Shown here: positions 26,023 to 34,964 of the stretch, piece by piece
Layout: each line of letters opens with the position of its first letter
Position numbering within the stretch: the first letter of the stretch is position 1
Origin: a virus
IMG/VR virus record: IMGVR_UViG_3300043410_001892
Coordinates: 183,145 to 247,144 of that record
Strand: one strand, 5' to 3'
DNA length: 64,000 bases
Notes under the pieces: model-generated
Told to the model about the DNA's origin: nothing
What the model saw: only the letters and a program-made list of their open reading frames with translations
Databases searched by the model: none
Made by a program: the position numbers and the translations under genes

Positions 26023-26268
26023 TTACTTACGTTTTTTAACTACTTTTTTTGGTGCAGGTTTAGCTGCTGGTTTTACAACTGGTTTTTTAGGTGGAACTTT
26101 TTTACCTTCAAACTTCTTGTGAACTTTGATAGTTTTACATTGTTTCTTACCTTTTACAGTTTTGCAAACTTCTTTAGTAGTTGGACCAACGTGTCCTTCT
26201 TCATGATTAGCATACGCAACTGGAGCTGCTAACATGCCAATAATAATTAATGATAATAGTTTTTTCAT
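26023..26268 (-). CDS. Small secreted Lys-rich protein (81 aa)
   Basis: N-terminal signal-like MKKLLSLIIIGMLAAPVAYA followed by a KKP/KPA-rich basic tail. Confidence 0.45.
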   Translation of the reverse strand: MKKLLSLIIIGMLAAPVAYANHEEGHVGPTTKEVCKTVKGKKQCKTIKVHKKFEGKKVPPKKPVVKPAAKPAPKKVVKKRK

Positions 26269-26279
26269 ATTATTTCCTT

Positions 26280-26744
26280 TTATGATTTTGGAATTGGTTT
26301 AGCTGCAGGGCGTTTTCTTGCCACTTTAGGAGCTTCTTGTACAACAGGTTCTGGAGCTGGCTCTGGAATAACAACTGGTTCTGGTGCTATCACAGGAGCT
26401 GGTGCAGGCGCTGCTGGTGGAACATATACCGGTGCAGGAGCTGGTGCTGCTGGCGGTGGTGTAAAGCTGCTAAAGTCAGGTAAACTCGGACCTGCAATTT
26501 TTTCTTGTGTACGACCGTGTGCTGAGATACCTAATACAACACCCATTGCAATGTGATAAAGACCGCCACCTTGTAATGTTAGTGGTTGCCACATATCTAA
26601 GTTTTGGCCTGGGTTATAGTATTGTAATATATTGTATAAGATTGGTCCTAAAACGAAGTCAAACAAACATGTAACCATGTATGTCATTGCCATCATTGGG
26701 CGCCAGTATCTTGTCATAAAATCCTCTTTATTTTGTTCTTCCAT
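26280..26744 (-). CDS. Membrane protein with two predicted TMDs and Pro/Ala-rich tail (holin candidate)
   Basis: Hydrophobic segments MAMTYMVTCLFDFVLGPILYNIL and LYHIAMGVVLGISA, followed by PPAAPAPAP repeats. Lies downstream of the lysis genes. Confidence 0.4.
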   Translation of the reverse strand: MEEQNKEDFMTRYWRPMMAMTYMVTCLFDFVLGPILYNILQYYNPGQNLDMWQPLTLQGGGLYHIAMGVVLGISAHGRTQEKIAGPSLPDFSSFTPPPAAPAPAPVYVPPAAPAPAPVIAPEPVVIPEPAPEPVVQEAPKVARKRPAAKPIPKS

Positions 26745-26759
26745 GTACGTTCCTTGTAT

Positions 26760-27029
26760 TTAAATCGCTTTTGCTGCGGTTGATGCAATTGTGATTGCAA
26801 TTTCTATAATTTTATTCAATTCTGCTTGTGCGTTAAGTGCTGCAGCATCTTCTATGATAATCCCTGTCGTAGAAATGTCTGATAATAATTCTTCATATTC
26901 TGAAGCACTAAGTTTTCCATTTTGATAATTGTTAGTTAGATCTTTAAGTTCTGTAGCTGCAGCCTCTAATGCATGACTTTTAACTGCATCAAATCCACTT
27001 AAACTATTTAAAATGTCTTGTGTATTCAT
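26760..27029 (-). CDS. Hypothetical small protein (89 aa)
   Basis: ORF in the lysis-region operon. Hydrophobic C-terminus. Confidence 0.4.
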   Translation of the reverse strand: MNTQDILNSLSGFDAVKSHALEAAATELKDLTNNYQNGKLSASEYEELLSDISTTGIIIEDAAALNAQAELNKIIEIAITIASTAAKAI

Positions 27030-27430
27030 CTTGGTTTACCTCCTATAGTTTGGGCAATTGTAGTTGCCGCTGTTGTTAAAATATCCATTTTTTGTTTACA
27101 ATAAGCTTCACTTATCTTTTCTGTTTTATGATATCGAACATGTAACGGTTGTGTTAAGTCCATTAGTGATTCTGATAATTTTATAGTAGCTTTATTTTCT
27201 GGTATGAATTCAGCATAGTTTTTAAATTCAATACTTTTTAAATATATACGATCTACAATAGGAACCATTTGTTGTTGGTTGCTGCAGAACTCGGAGCTTA
27301 TTTGAGATAAGCTACGGATATCGTTAATTAGTTGATATTCATTTTGATCAAACTTAGCCATAAAATATGCATCCATTGCAGCGCAACCAGATAGCATACT
27401 AAGTATAATAATTGCTAATACTTTTTTCAT
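27026..27430 (-). CDS. Putative lipoprotein (134 aa)
   Basis: Signal peptide with lipobox LSGC (MKKVLAIIILSMLSGCAAMD). Confidence 0.5.
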   Translation of the reverse strand: MKKVLAIIILSMLSGCAAMDAYFMAKFDQNEYQLINDIRSLSQISSEFCSNQQQMVPIVDRIYLKSIEFKNYAEFIPENKATIKLSESLMDLTQPLHVRYHKTEKISEAYCKQKMDILTTAATTIAQTIGGKPR

Positions 27431-27726
27431 TTTACGTCCTCATATATTTTCTTTTGTTGCGTGTACCAATCTTGCCAAGCAAGATATCGTTCTCGTAGTT
27501 CATAGTAAGAACCGTAATTCTCACTAGCATTTTCTAATATATCACTTAGTTCCGGGTTAGTTTGAGATAATGTCTTTAACGTCGGTGCCGACTCCATCAA
27601 GGATGGAGGTACCTTTGGGAAGCTCATTGTTAACGGCACTGTTGTAGAGCACCCTTGCAACATCAGGAACAGTACACTCGGCATTGATAATTTCTTTGTG
27701 TTCTTGAATAATCTTTTTTGTTGCAT
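27427..27726 (-). CDS. Outer-membrane spanin (o-spanin, Rz1-like lipoprotein), overlapped with i-spanin gene
   Basis: Signal plus lipobox LMLQGCSTT. Pro-rich. Encoded in an alternate frame over the 3' 170 nt of the i-spanin-like gene. Confidence 0.55.
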   Translation of the reverse strand: MQQKRLFKNTKKLSMPSVLFLMLQGCSTTVPLTMSFPKVPPSLMESAPTLKTLSQTNPELSDILENASENYGSYYELRERYLAWQDWYTQQKKIYEDVK

Positions 27727-28057
27727 ATACTTTTTCCTTGATAACTTTTACTTTTTCTACTACACGAGTTTCAATTTGAACATTAACTTCTTTAGATTGT
27801 TGTTCAGCTATTTCTATTTTTTGTTCAAGTTCTGCTACACGATTACGCCATTCCATTTCAACACCGTAACCACCTTTAAAGTAAACACCGGCAACTAATA
27901 AGATTGTTGACAGTATATTTAACAATAACTGATATTGGTTAAGGAATGGTATGTACTTAATAAAAAATCCTGCTATAGTACCAATAGCACCTAATAGCAG
28001 GACTGTATTAACTACCCAAAGTAAATATGCATCAGGGAGGAAATGTAAGAAAAACAT
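27557..28057 (-). CDS. Inner-membrane spanin-like protein (N-terminal TMD(s) plus coiled-coil). Alternatively a holin-like protein
   Basis: N-terminal hydrophobic helices followed by a charged coiled-coil (RNRVAELEQKIEIAEQQSKEVNVQ). Immediately downstream of the endolysin, with an embedded lipoprotein gene. Confidence 0.5.
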   Translation of the reverse strand: MFFLHFLPDAYLLWVVNTVLLLGAIGTIAGFFIKYIPFLNQYQLLLNILSTILLVAGVYFKGGYGVEMEWRNRVAELEQKIEIAEQQSKEVNVQIETRVVEKVKVIKEKVYATKKIIQEHKEIINAECTVPDVARVLYNSAVNNELPKGTSILDGVGTDVKDIISN

Positions 28058-28677
28058 TATGCACTCAATACTTTGATTGCGTTAGCATAGTGGTGTTTTC
28101 TGTCTTCTAACCCAATAGTTCCGCCATTAATTCTTTTTGTTAAAGTAACAATGTCACCTTTGTCTGCCCATTGATTTAAATTATTAGTTTCCCAGAACCA
28201 GCAAGCACTTTGTACTGCACCTTCAAATGTTTCTAAATATTCAATTGTTTCATCGATATCCATTTCTAAGCTTTCTGCAAAACGAGTATAGTTGTCTTTA
28301 CCGGTTAATTGGATAAGCCCACGCCCACAGAATTTAAATCCGTCACCAGTTGATTCATCGCCATTCCCCATACGACCGCCATACACTTTGCTTGCAATTT
28401 TTTGTGGATTTCCAGCATATGATTCTGCTAATGCATCGGTTGGGAAATATTTAGGGAATACTTTTCTCAATGTTGCTGCACGATAGTTTAAGTTTTCTTT
28501 CAATGCAGTGTAGTTTCCACTTTCGTGAGCAGTTTGAGCTAAAAATGCAGCAACTCGTTCTTTGCTCCAGATATCGTATTCTGGTAAGATTGAGCTTAAT
28601 GCATCATACCATTCTGCGATGTAAGGGTTGCCTGGTATAATTTTTGCTAAGTGTTCTTGTGTAAATGTAAATGCCAT
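28057..28677 (-). CDS. Endolysin, glycoside hydrolase family 19 (chitinase-like)
   Basis: FLAQTAHESGNYTAL...GRGLIQLTGKDNY are GH19 catalytic blocks. Start chosen at ATG 28675-28677 (MAFTF) because it follows GGAG. The ORF track's alternative start is 28704. Confidence 0.8.
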   Translation of the reverse strand: MAFTFTQEHLAKIIPGNPYIAEWYDALSSILPEYDIWSKERVAAFLAQTAHESGNYTALKENLNYRAATLRKVFPKYFPTDALAESYAGNPQKIASKVYGGRMGNGDESTGDGFKFCGRGLIQLTGKDNYTRFAESLEMDIDETIEYLETFEGAVQSACWFWETNNLNQWADKGDIVTLTKRINGGTIGLEDRKHHYANAIKVLSA

Positions 28678-29405
28678 TATTTTTTCTCCAATGCTACAGC
28701 CCATCCGCTGTTTTCAAATATAAATGTATTACCAACTTTGGTAATATTGTAGTTTCCAATTCTTTTTGTAAAGTACATTACTTCTGCAATAGCACTTCCT
28801 TCTATTATAATTGGACCTTGTATAGAATTATATACTTCAGATTTAGGTCCACTTGTAATAATATCAAAAGTTATAGTATCACTGTACGGTGTTTTAAATC
28901 TAAGTGACTCGTTAACAATATCAACTTCTGAAAAACTTTCTTTAAAGAAGGTACTAAAATTATCTAAACCGTGTTGTTTAGTTTTTTCTTCGTATGCTGC
29001 AGTGTCAGTAGGTATTGCTGATTTTAAATTTCTTAAAGTTGCGTCTTTGCTCTTAAAATTTTTAAAATATCGAAATCTCATATCAGACATTCCAGTTAAT
29101 AATTCTATACCGTTTAGTAATTCAAGAATGTTTGCCGGAGCTCTACTATTTCTTTCTAATTCAACAAAAACTTTATAAGTTCCATCTTCTGTTTCGCCAG
29201 GACTAACATCTGCATCAAGTACAAAGTCATATCCCATTTCAACAAAGTTTTCTAAATCGTTTGCAGGATCTTCATGATCAACTGTAAATGAGAGTACAAT
29301 TACATCTTTGTCATTTCCGATTTTACTTTGGTAACAATCAATTTCAAAAACTTTTTTTACTAATTCTCGAAGATCTTTTGCGTGTAAACTTTCATTGATA
29401 CTCAT
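28677..29405 (-). CDS. Hypothetical protein (242 aa)
   Basis: ORF in the late operon upstream of the endolysin. Confidence 0.5.
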   Translation of the reverse strand: MSINESLHAKDLRELVKKVFEIDCYQSKIGNDKDVIVLSFTVDHEDPANDLENFVEMGYDFVLDADVSPGETEDGTYKVFVELERNSRAPANILELLNGIELLTGMSDMRFRYFKNFKSKDATLRNLKSAIPTDTAAYEEKTKQHGLDNFSTFFKESFSEVDIVNESLRFKTPYSDTITFDIITSGPKSEVYNSIQGPIIIEGSAIAEVMYFTKRIGNYNITKVGNTFIFENSGWAVALEKK

Positions 29406-29408
29406 AAT

Positions 29409-30020
29409 TTACATCGGCATAGAAGCCGACCCTCCTGGCATTCCACCGCCCATTGGTGGCATTCCGCCACCTGGAGGAGGCATTCCACCACCTAACCCTG
29501 GCATAGGAGGTGTTGCTGCACCTGGTGCACCAGGTGCACCAGGAACTGGTGTTCCTTGACCTGGTATTGAATTTGGATCTATGTTTTCATTTTTTAATTT
29601 AGCCATGTAACCATGGTACATATCAAATGCTAATTTTTTTGGCATTTGAATTTCTACAATCCAAATTGGATGTCTATCTAATTTACCTTTTTTAGTGTTA
29701 GGTCTGATATCTTCTTGTGTTTTAATTGGACGTGGTTCGATGAGATGCGATTTTTGATATTTAACTTTGCATTTTAAATCTACTAATCGTTTTCCACCGT
29801 CAGGATTTGGCATGCTTTCTCTCGGCCACATAAAACCAGCTGTAATATAATGGCGATCAACTTTTGGACCATAGGCCAATTCACCATTTTCCCAGTTTTC
29901 ATATACATATAGATCTAATTCATCGAGAACTCGTTCAAAGTCTTTTAGTATTGCTAAATTTGAATTATTTTCATATAGATCTTGTATGTTTTTAATAATG
30001 TCTAATACATCATGATGCAT
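29409..30020 (-). CDS. Hypothetical protein with C-terminal Gly/Met/Pro (GGMP-like) repeat tail
   Basis: C-terminus PGAPGAPGAATPPMPGLGGGMPPPGGGMPPMGGGMPGGSASMPM. Confidence 0.5.
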   Translation of the reverse strand: MHHDVLDIIKNIQDLYENNSNLAILKDFERVLDELDLYVYENWENGELAYGPKVDRHYITAGFMWPRESMPNPDGGKRLVDLKCKVKYQKSHLIEPRPIKTQEDIRPNTKKGKLDRHPIWIVEIQMPKKLAFDMYHGYMAKLKNENIDPNSIPGQGTPVPGAPGAPGAATPPMPGLGGGMPPPGGGMPPMGGGMPGGSASMPM

Positions 30021-30045
30021 AATAATATCCTAAAATGTTTATACT

Positions 30046-30053
30046 TATTTATC
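30046..30053 (-). promoter_or_regulatory. T4-late-like promoter motif GATAAATA driving the lysis-cassette operon
   Basis: Reverse strand reads GATAAATAagtataaacattttAGGAtattatt ATG, 25 nt upstream of the ATG at 30020. Confidence 0.45.
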
Positions 30054-30167
30054 TTGGTTCGAAATCATACAGTATTTCTTTGTATTTGGCGAAATGCCAG
30101 TAAATATATGTGTAGCGACCATGTCGCTGTGGTTGTTACTATTCTAACATAACTAGGAGTTACCTAT

Positions 30168-30899
30168 ATGGGACACAAACGAGTACAAAAACGTTTTACA
30201 TCACACGTCAACATAGTAGAATTTCAACAACCAAAACAAATTAAACCTAAACGCTACAGTGTATCTTTAAATCCTCGCAACCAAAGTCAAAAAGAGTATG
30301 TTGCGATGTTACAAGATGAATCTACTAGTATTGTTTTTGCAATTGGTCCGGCTGGAACAGGGAAAACGATGTTAGCTGTGCAACAAGGTATTAAATTGTT
30401 TCAAGAGGGAGTTATAGATAAAATTATTGTGACGAGACCGGCAGTGTCGGTAGATGAAGAATTGGGATTCTTACCAGGAACTTTAAATGAAAAGATGGCT
30501 CCTTGGACAAGACCTATTTTTGATGTATTCGGAGAGTATTACCATCAGACAGATATTGCAAAGTTTTTGGCTGAAGGTGAGATTGAGATTAGCCCACTAA
30601 GCTATATGAGAGGTAGGACATTTAAGAATGCTTATATCATTTTTGATGAGGCGCAGAATACAACGCCAAATCAAATGAAAATGGCTCTTACCCGCTTAGG
30701 AGAAAATTCGAGAATGGTTGTAACAGGGGATTTAGCACAAGCTGATCGCTTGCATGACAATGGATTATTAGAATTTATTGATAGATTAGACAATAATAAG
30801 ACAGCGTTAAGCCATATTGATGTTGCGTATTTTACGCATAAAGATATTGAACGTCATAGTGCAGTTAAGGAGGTATTAGCACTCTACGGGGAAAGTTAG
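30168..30899 (+). CDS. phoH: PhoH-like ATPase
   Basis: Walker A IGPAGTGKTMLAV, PhoH blocks IVTRPAVSVDEELGFLPG and IIFDEAQN. AGGAG RBS. Confidence 0.9.
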   Translation: MGHKRVQKRFTSHVNIVEFQQPKQIKPKRYSVSLNPRNQSQKEYVAMLQDESTSIVFAIGPAGTGKTMLAVQQGIKLFQEGVIDKIIVTRPAVSVDEELGFLPGTLNEKMAPWTRPIFDVFGEYYHQTDIAKFLAEGEIEISPLSYMRGRTFKNAYIIFDEAQNTTPNQMKMALTRLGENSRMVVTGDLAQADRLHDNGLLEFIDRLDNNKTALSHIDVAYFTHKDIERHSAVKEVLALYGES

Positions 30900-30917
30900 A
30901 AGTTTAAAAATAGAACT

Positions 30918-30941
30918 AGCAGCTGACTAATCAGCTGCTAT
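30918..30941. terminator. Hairpin between convergent phoH and minus-strand genes
   Basis: aGCAGCTGActaaTCAGCTGCtatgtttt: 8-bp perfect stem with a weak T-run. Confidence 0.45.
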
Positions 30942-31140
30942 GTTTTAGCATAAAAAGAAAAAACTTTTGTTCATCAAATACCTTGTAACTTTCAATTTTA
31001 CGATTGTTAAAATCAAAGTACACTTCGACACCATAGGTTTCTTTAAGCCAATTCCAAAAGATGTTTGGAAATCCTAGCTCTTTCCATTCTATAGTTGCTT
31101 TATTATGAGCATCCTGTAATATATCAAGATCAATTGTCAT
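30931..31140 (-). CDS. Hypothetical protein (69 aa)
   Basis: Small ORF ATGA-coupled to the dCMP deaminase gene. Confidence 0.4.
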   Translation of the reverse strand: MTIDLDILQDAHNKATIEWKELGFPNIFWNWLKETYGVEVYFDFNNRKIESYKVFDEQKFFLFMLKHSS

Positions 31141-31568
31141 AGTTTTTCAACAGTTATACCACATTTTTCTAAAAACTCAAGTCCAGCAGTACTACGATAA
31201 GTTTCTGTATAGAACACTTTAATAATGCCGGACTGATATATCCCTTTAGCACACTCTATACACGGAGCATGTGTAATAAACATAAAAGCACCTTTACCTG
31301 ATTCAGTCGAACTAGCTAATTTCATTAGCGCATTCATTTCTGCATGGATGACTTCTGGTTTGGTTTTAAGATATGAACCACCATCTTGGATAATATCCAT
31401 TTCTACTTCGCAAACATTATTCCAACCGGTAGGTGTACCGTTGTAGCCAAGACTAATAATACGATCATCTTTAACTACAACCGCACCAACTTTAAGCTTA
31501 ACTGCGGAACTAAGTTCCGCAAATGTATAAGCCGTTTTCATAAAAGCTTGTTTAAACTTAGCTTTCAT
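31137..31568 (-). CDS. dCMP deaminase (cytidine/deoxycytidylate deaminase family)
   Basis: Zinc-binding HAEMNAL and PCIECAKGI motifs. Size fits T4 cd-like enzymes. Confidence 0.8.
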   Translation of the reverse strand: MKAKFKQAFMKTAYTFAELSSAVKLKVGAVVVKDDRIISLGYNGTPTGWNNVCEVEMDIIQDGGSYLKTKPEVIHAEMNALMKLASSTESGKGAFMFITHAPCIECAKGIYQSGIIKVFYTETYRSTAGLEFLEKCGITVEKL

Positions 31569-32419
31569 TACTTAATGCCAATCATCGGTAATGAGCTGTT
31601 AGGAACCATAGTAGTAGGCAATTCACCGTTCCATTTTTCAATAGCATTAAGTTCTGCTACGCCTGGGTTGTTTTTAACAGCTTCACCTTTTAAGTGAATG
31701 GCTTTAGCTTCAGCTTCTGCTACTAATAACCTTGCATTAGCTTCACCTTCTGCCTGTGCAACCGCAATAGCAGCCTGTGCTTTAGCAGTTTCAACTTGGT
31801 TTTGTCTTGTAATTGCCTGTTGCGATGCATTAATCTTTTCATTTATTGCAGTAGTAACAGTGTCTGGTAATCTAATATCGCCGACCCAAGAAAGATGATC
31901 TAAAATAATACCGTATTGTTCAATCTCACCACGAACACGCTTTTCAGCAGCTTTGATTAAATCACTTTTGCCTTCGCCGTAGACTGTTTCAATTGACTTA
32001 GTCGATGATTCAGTATTGATTGCATCGCGCACTAGGTTTCTTAAGTAAACATCTGTAATTTCAGTAATACCTTTACGATACTTTTGGAATAAAACTGGAA
32101 TTTTATCCTCTTGTAGCGTATATGTGATACCAATATCAGCATTTACACTTAAACCTTCTTTAGTTTGGAAGGTAATTGATTCGTCTTCTGCACGTCCTTC
32201 GGTATGTGATTTAGTCCAAGTGTAGTTCTGCATAAAGGTTGGAAACGTGTATAACTCTTCGTTTACACCAATCCAGTATCGTCCTGGTCCTAATTGTTCA
32301 GTATCAACACCTTTGTCGCCACCAAGTAAATGAACTTTAACACCAACTGTACCTACTTCAACTTTTGAACAACCTACGAGTGCAGTGGCAATTGCAGCAA
32401 CTAAAAGTAATTTTTTCAT
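31568..32419 (-). CDS. SPFH/band-7 domain lipoprotein
   Basis: Lipobox LVGCSK signal, a band-7 core, and a long Ala/Glu-rich coiled coil (AKAQAAIAVAQAEGEANARLLVAEAEAKA). Confidence 0.7.
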   Translation of the reverse strand: MKKLLLVAAIATALVGCSKVEVGTVGVKVHLLGGDKGVDTEQLGPGRYWIGVNEELYTFPTFMQNYTWTKSHTEGRAEDESITFQTKEGLSVNADIGITYTLQEDKIPVLFQKYRKGITEITDVYLRNLVRDAINTESSTKSIETVYGEGKSDLIKAAEKRVRGEIEQYGIILDHLSWVGDIRLPDTVTTAINEKINASQQAITRQNQVETAKAQAAIAVAQAEGEANARLLVAEAEAKAIHLKGEAVKNNPGVAELNAIEKWNGELPTTMVPNSSLPMIGIK

Positions 32420-32625
32420 TATTTTTTCTCCTCAAAAAGTTTTTCAATTTTGACATTTGCATCTTTAAGTAATGCGTAAAGTACAATTGGATCAATGACT
32501 AGTGCAATAAACCAACCTAGTGTAAAAATATACCAGTCGTTTGATGACATACAGTATGGTAACACAAATATAAATTGGAGTGTAAAAAACACTAACACTC
32601 CAAGTAGTTTAAAATATGACAGCAT
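32419..32625 (-). CDS. Small membrane protein (68 aa, 2 TMD)
   Basis: Two hydrophobic helices. 1-nt overlap with the SPFH gene start. Confidence 0.4.
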   Translation of the reverse strand: MLSYFKLLGVLVFFTLQFIFVLPYCMSSNDWYIFTLGWFIALVIDPIVLYALLKDANVKIEKLFEEKK

Positions 32626-32684
32626 AAATGCTCCTGTTTATAAAAATAAAAGTATATTATACACTATATTATAATAAATGCAAA

Positions 32685-33608
32685 TTATAAATTACCTAAC
32701 CGTATTAAAGTGGCTGCAAGGTTTATTTCAACATCACTAACTAGTGTATGGTCTACTAACCCTTGTTTAATAATAAGGATTGCTTTATCTTGTTTTGACT
32801 CGTCGTCACCAAATAATTGAATATTATCATATAACCATCTGTAGATGTCTTCCATTTCTTCTGGTCTTGCTTGCGAGCACACTAGTTTACGTGCATCAGA
32901 TATCTTTCCTGCTTTAAAAAGTTCAACCATTTGAAGTTTATAATCAGTATCAGATGCACTGCCTTGTGTTGCAGCAACTAATTTACCATCTATACAGCTC
33001 ATTTGTAATGTGTTGATACATTTTCTTAAATCAGGATAAGTTGCTGTTACAAAAGTATCAAGAGTATCTAAATCAAATTCAATATTTTCTTCTACTAAAA
33101 TAGTTGCTACCCTTGCTGTAAATTCTACAATATCAATTTTTTCAATATGGAAACCTTGACAACGTGAGTGAATTGCAGGAATAATTTTATTTGGGTAGTT
33201 ACAAGTAAGAATAAATCTTGCAGTTTCGTGATATTCTTCCATAACTCCACGTAAACTTGCTTGTGCTGGAGGAGTTAAGTAATCTGCTTCGTCTAATAAT
33301 ACAATTTTAAATTGTCCAAATGGAATCATTTGCACGAACGACGTAATTCGATCACGCATTGTATCAATACCGCGTTCTCTTGATGCGTTTATTTCTAAAA
33401 TGTCCAATGGATCGATGTCTAATTCGTTGAATAGTATTTTTGCAAGAGTAGTTTTACCAATACCTGCAGCGCCACTGAATAAAAGATGTGGAATAGTTTT
33501 TTGGGCAACCCATGATTCAATTTTATTCTTTTGATCTTCGTCTTTAAAAACATAGCCATTAAGAGTTTTTGGTCGATATGATTCAACCCATAGAGCTTTT
33601 GTTGCCAT
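32685..33608 (-). CDS. Clamp loader subunit (RFC/gp44-like AAA+)
   Basis: LWVESYRPKTL, Walker A SGAAGIGKTT, DEAD-box-like LLDEADYL, SRC motif IHSRCQ. Confidence 0.85.
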   Translation of the reverse strand: MATKALWVESYRPKTLNGYVFKDEDQKNKIESWVAQKTIPHLLFSGAAGIGKTTLAKILFNELDIDPLDILEINASRERGIDTMRDRITSFVQMIPFGQFKIVLLDEADYLTPPAQASLRGVMEEYHETARFILTCNYPNKIIPAIHSRCQGFHIEKIDIVEFTARVATILVEENIEFDLDTLDTFVTATYPDLRKCINTLQMSCIDGKLVAATQGSASDTDYKLQMVELFKAGKISDARKLVCSQARPEEMEDIYRWLYDNIQLFGDDESKQDKAILIIKQGLVDHTLVSDVEINLAATLIRLGNL

Positions 33609-33637
33609 TGTGTTACCTTTATTAGTTAAAAAAATAT

Positions 33638-33666
33638 ATTATACAGTGAACGACACAACTTGTCAA
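33638..33666 (-). promoter_or_regulatory. Sigma70-type early promoter (TTGACA-17-TATAAT) for the clamp loader
   Basis: Reverse strand reads TTGACA agttgtgtcgttcactg TATAAT. Confidence 0.6.
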
Positions 33667-33687
33667 GTGTCGTGTCGTTCAGTATTA

Positions 33688-34071
33688 TTAGTACATTGGT
33701 TGACTAAAGTCAAACGTTTGTTCTGTGGAAGGATTTGATAGTCCAATATTAACATCGGACGGCAAATGATTAGAAACTGCTAAAATTGCCTTATTGTCAA
33801 CTCGTCTAACGGTGACAATATCACCGTTTTCTTTTTTAACTTTAACGCCGCGTGTCCAACGACCGTGTTCAATTAAAATCCAGTCACCAACGCTTACATC
33901 TTGTTGTTCTGGACCAATTTTATATACTTGACCCCATCTTGGTCTAATACCTTCGGATGTTCCGTCGTCACTTTTAATAATAATACCACCTGCTGATACT
34001 TGTTCTTCAAAGTTCATATCAGTAATTAATACATTATCGTGTATAGTTTCTAATGTTTCTGTTATTATCAT
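33688..34071 (-). CDS. GroES-like co-chaperonin (T4 gp31-like)
   Basis: 127 aa. SAGGIIIKS...GQVYKIGP...VGDWILI pattern resembles the GroES mobile loop and core. Confidence 0.55.
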   Translation of the reverse strand: MIITETLETIHDNVLITDMNFEEQVSAGGIIIKSDDGTSEGIRPRWGQVYKIGPEQQDVSVGDWILIEHGRWTRGVKVKKENGDIVTVRRVDNKAILAVSNHLPSDVNIGLSNPSTEQTFDFSQPMY

Positions 34072-34430
34072 GCTTTACCTTTGTGTTTCTCTTTTAAACC
34101 ATTTTGCAAATCTTCTGTTTTTACAAGTTCAGTTGATGTTGATACAAATGGAACAGGAGTAGATTGTGTTACCGGAGTAGTAATTGGGGCTAACACATGT
34201 GGTTTAGGTTTAACCATTGGTTCTGGAATTCTGTGTGATTGTACAGGAGTCCCAGATGACGGAATATCATCTGTATGAGTAGCTCGAATGATCTGTCCAT
34301 TTGGACCAATTTCGTCGCCTCTTGCATTAATTTTAACATTGCTAACAGCAGGTGTTAATTCATGTTGAGCTGCTAATTTAGCCATGTCGACATATTTGCC
34401 TCTTGCTGATCGATATAAATTTTGTGTCAT
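34068..34430 (-). CDS. Hypothetical protein (120 aa)
   Basis: Preceded by GATAAATA and AAGGAG. Confidence 0.45.
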   Translation of the reverse strand: MTQNLYRSARGKYVDMAKLAAQHELTPAVSNVKINARGDEIGPNGQIIRATHTDDIPSSGTPVQSHRIPEPMVKPKPHVLAPITTPVTQSTPVPFVSTSTELVKTEDLQNGLKEKHKGKA

Positions 34431-34451
34431 ATATAATCTCCTTTAGTTTTA

Positions 34452-34459
34452 TATTTATC
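34452..34459 (-). promoter_or_regulatory. T4-late-like promoter motif GATAAATA
   Basis: Reverse strand reads aGATAAATAtaaaactAAAGGAGattatat ATG, 22 nt upstream of the ATG at 34430. Overlaps the stop of the upstream gene. Confidence 0.45.
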
Positions 34460-34964
34460 TTAAAAAATCATGCCAATCTAAATTATATTTGATGCTATCA
34501 ATTTTATGCACACCTAGCAAATATAAAACAAAACTTGAAACGCTTGAGCCTCTCCCAACTCCCCAGACAACATTATTTTCTAAACAAGTATCTATAAAGA
34601 ATTTAAGCCATTGAAGAAGGTGCATCATATTTCTATTCTTAAATTCAGTTAGTTCTTCGTGTACACGGGTAGTTTCAATAGTTGAGTTACATTTAGCTAT
34701 GCAATAAGATTCTACATCAAAATTATAGTAATAATCAGGCATAAACCATTCATTTTGATTTAACATGTCATATTCTTCAATTGACAATGAGTTTACAGAT
34801 TCATCAAATTGATGAATTTCAATTTCTGATACGGTTGATAATTGTGAAATTTCGTAACATTTTTCGGTTACAATAGTAGTTAATGGGATTTGATGCCCTG
34901 CGTACAAGGCATCAAATATGTCTTTTTTATTAAAAATTGGATTTGAAAATTTGTCTGTTCTCAT
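34455..34964 (-). CDS. Hypothetical protein with C-terminal DnaE-like GxGRGS...Y.LG motif
   Basis: C-terminus GVGRGSSVSSFVLYLLGVHKIDSIKYNLDWHDFL parallels Pol III alpha [31 protein letters not shown]. Confidence 0.4.
   Translation of the reverse strand: MRTDKFSNPIFNKKDIFDALYAGHQIPLTTIVTEKCYEISQLSTVSEIEIHQFDESVNSLSIEEYDMLNQNEWFMPDYYYNFDVESYCIAKCNSTIETTRVHEELTEFKNRNMMHLLQWLKFFIDTCLENNVVWGVGRGSSVSSFVLYLLGVHKIDSIKYNLDWHDFLR

Noticed and set aside
30021-30167. Search for promoter elements upstream of phoH (plus strand)
   Set aside because: Only weak matches were found (TTGGCG... and a hairpin AGCGAC-catg-GTCGCT at about 30124-30139). They are not good enough to call.
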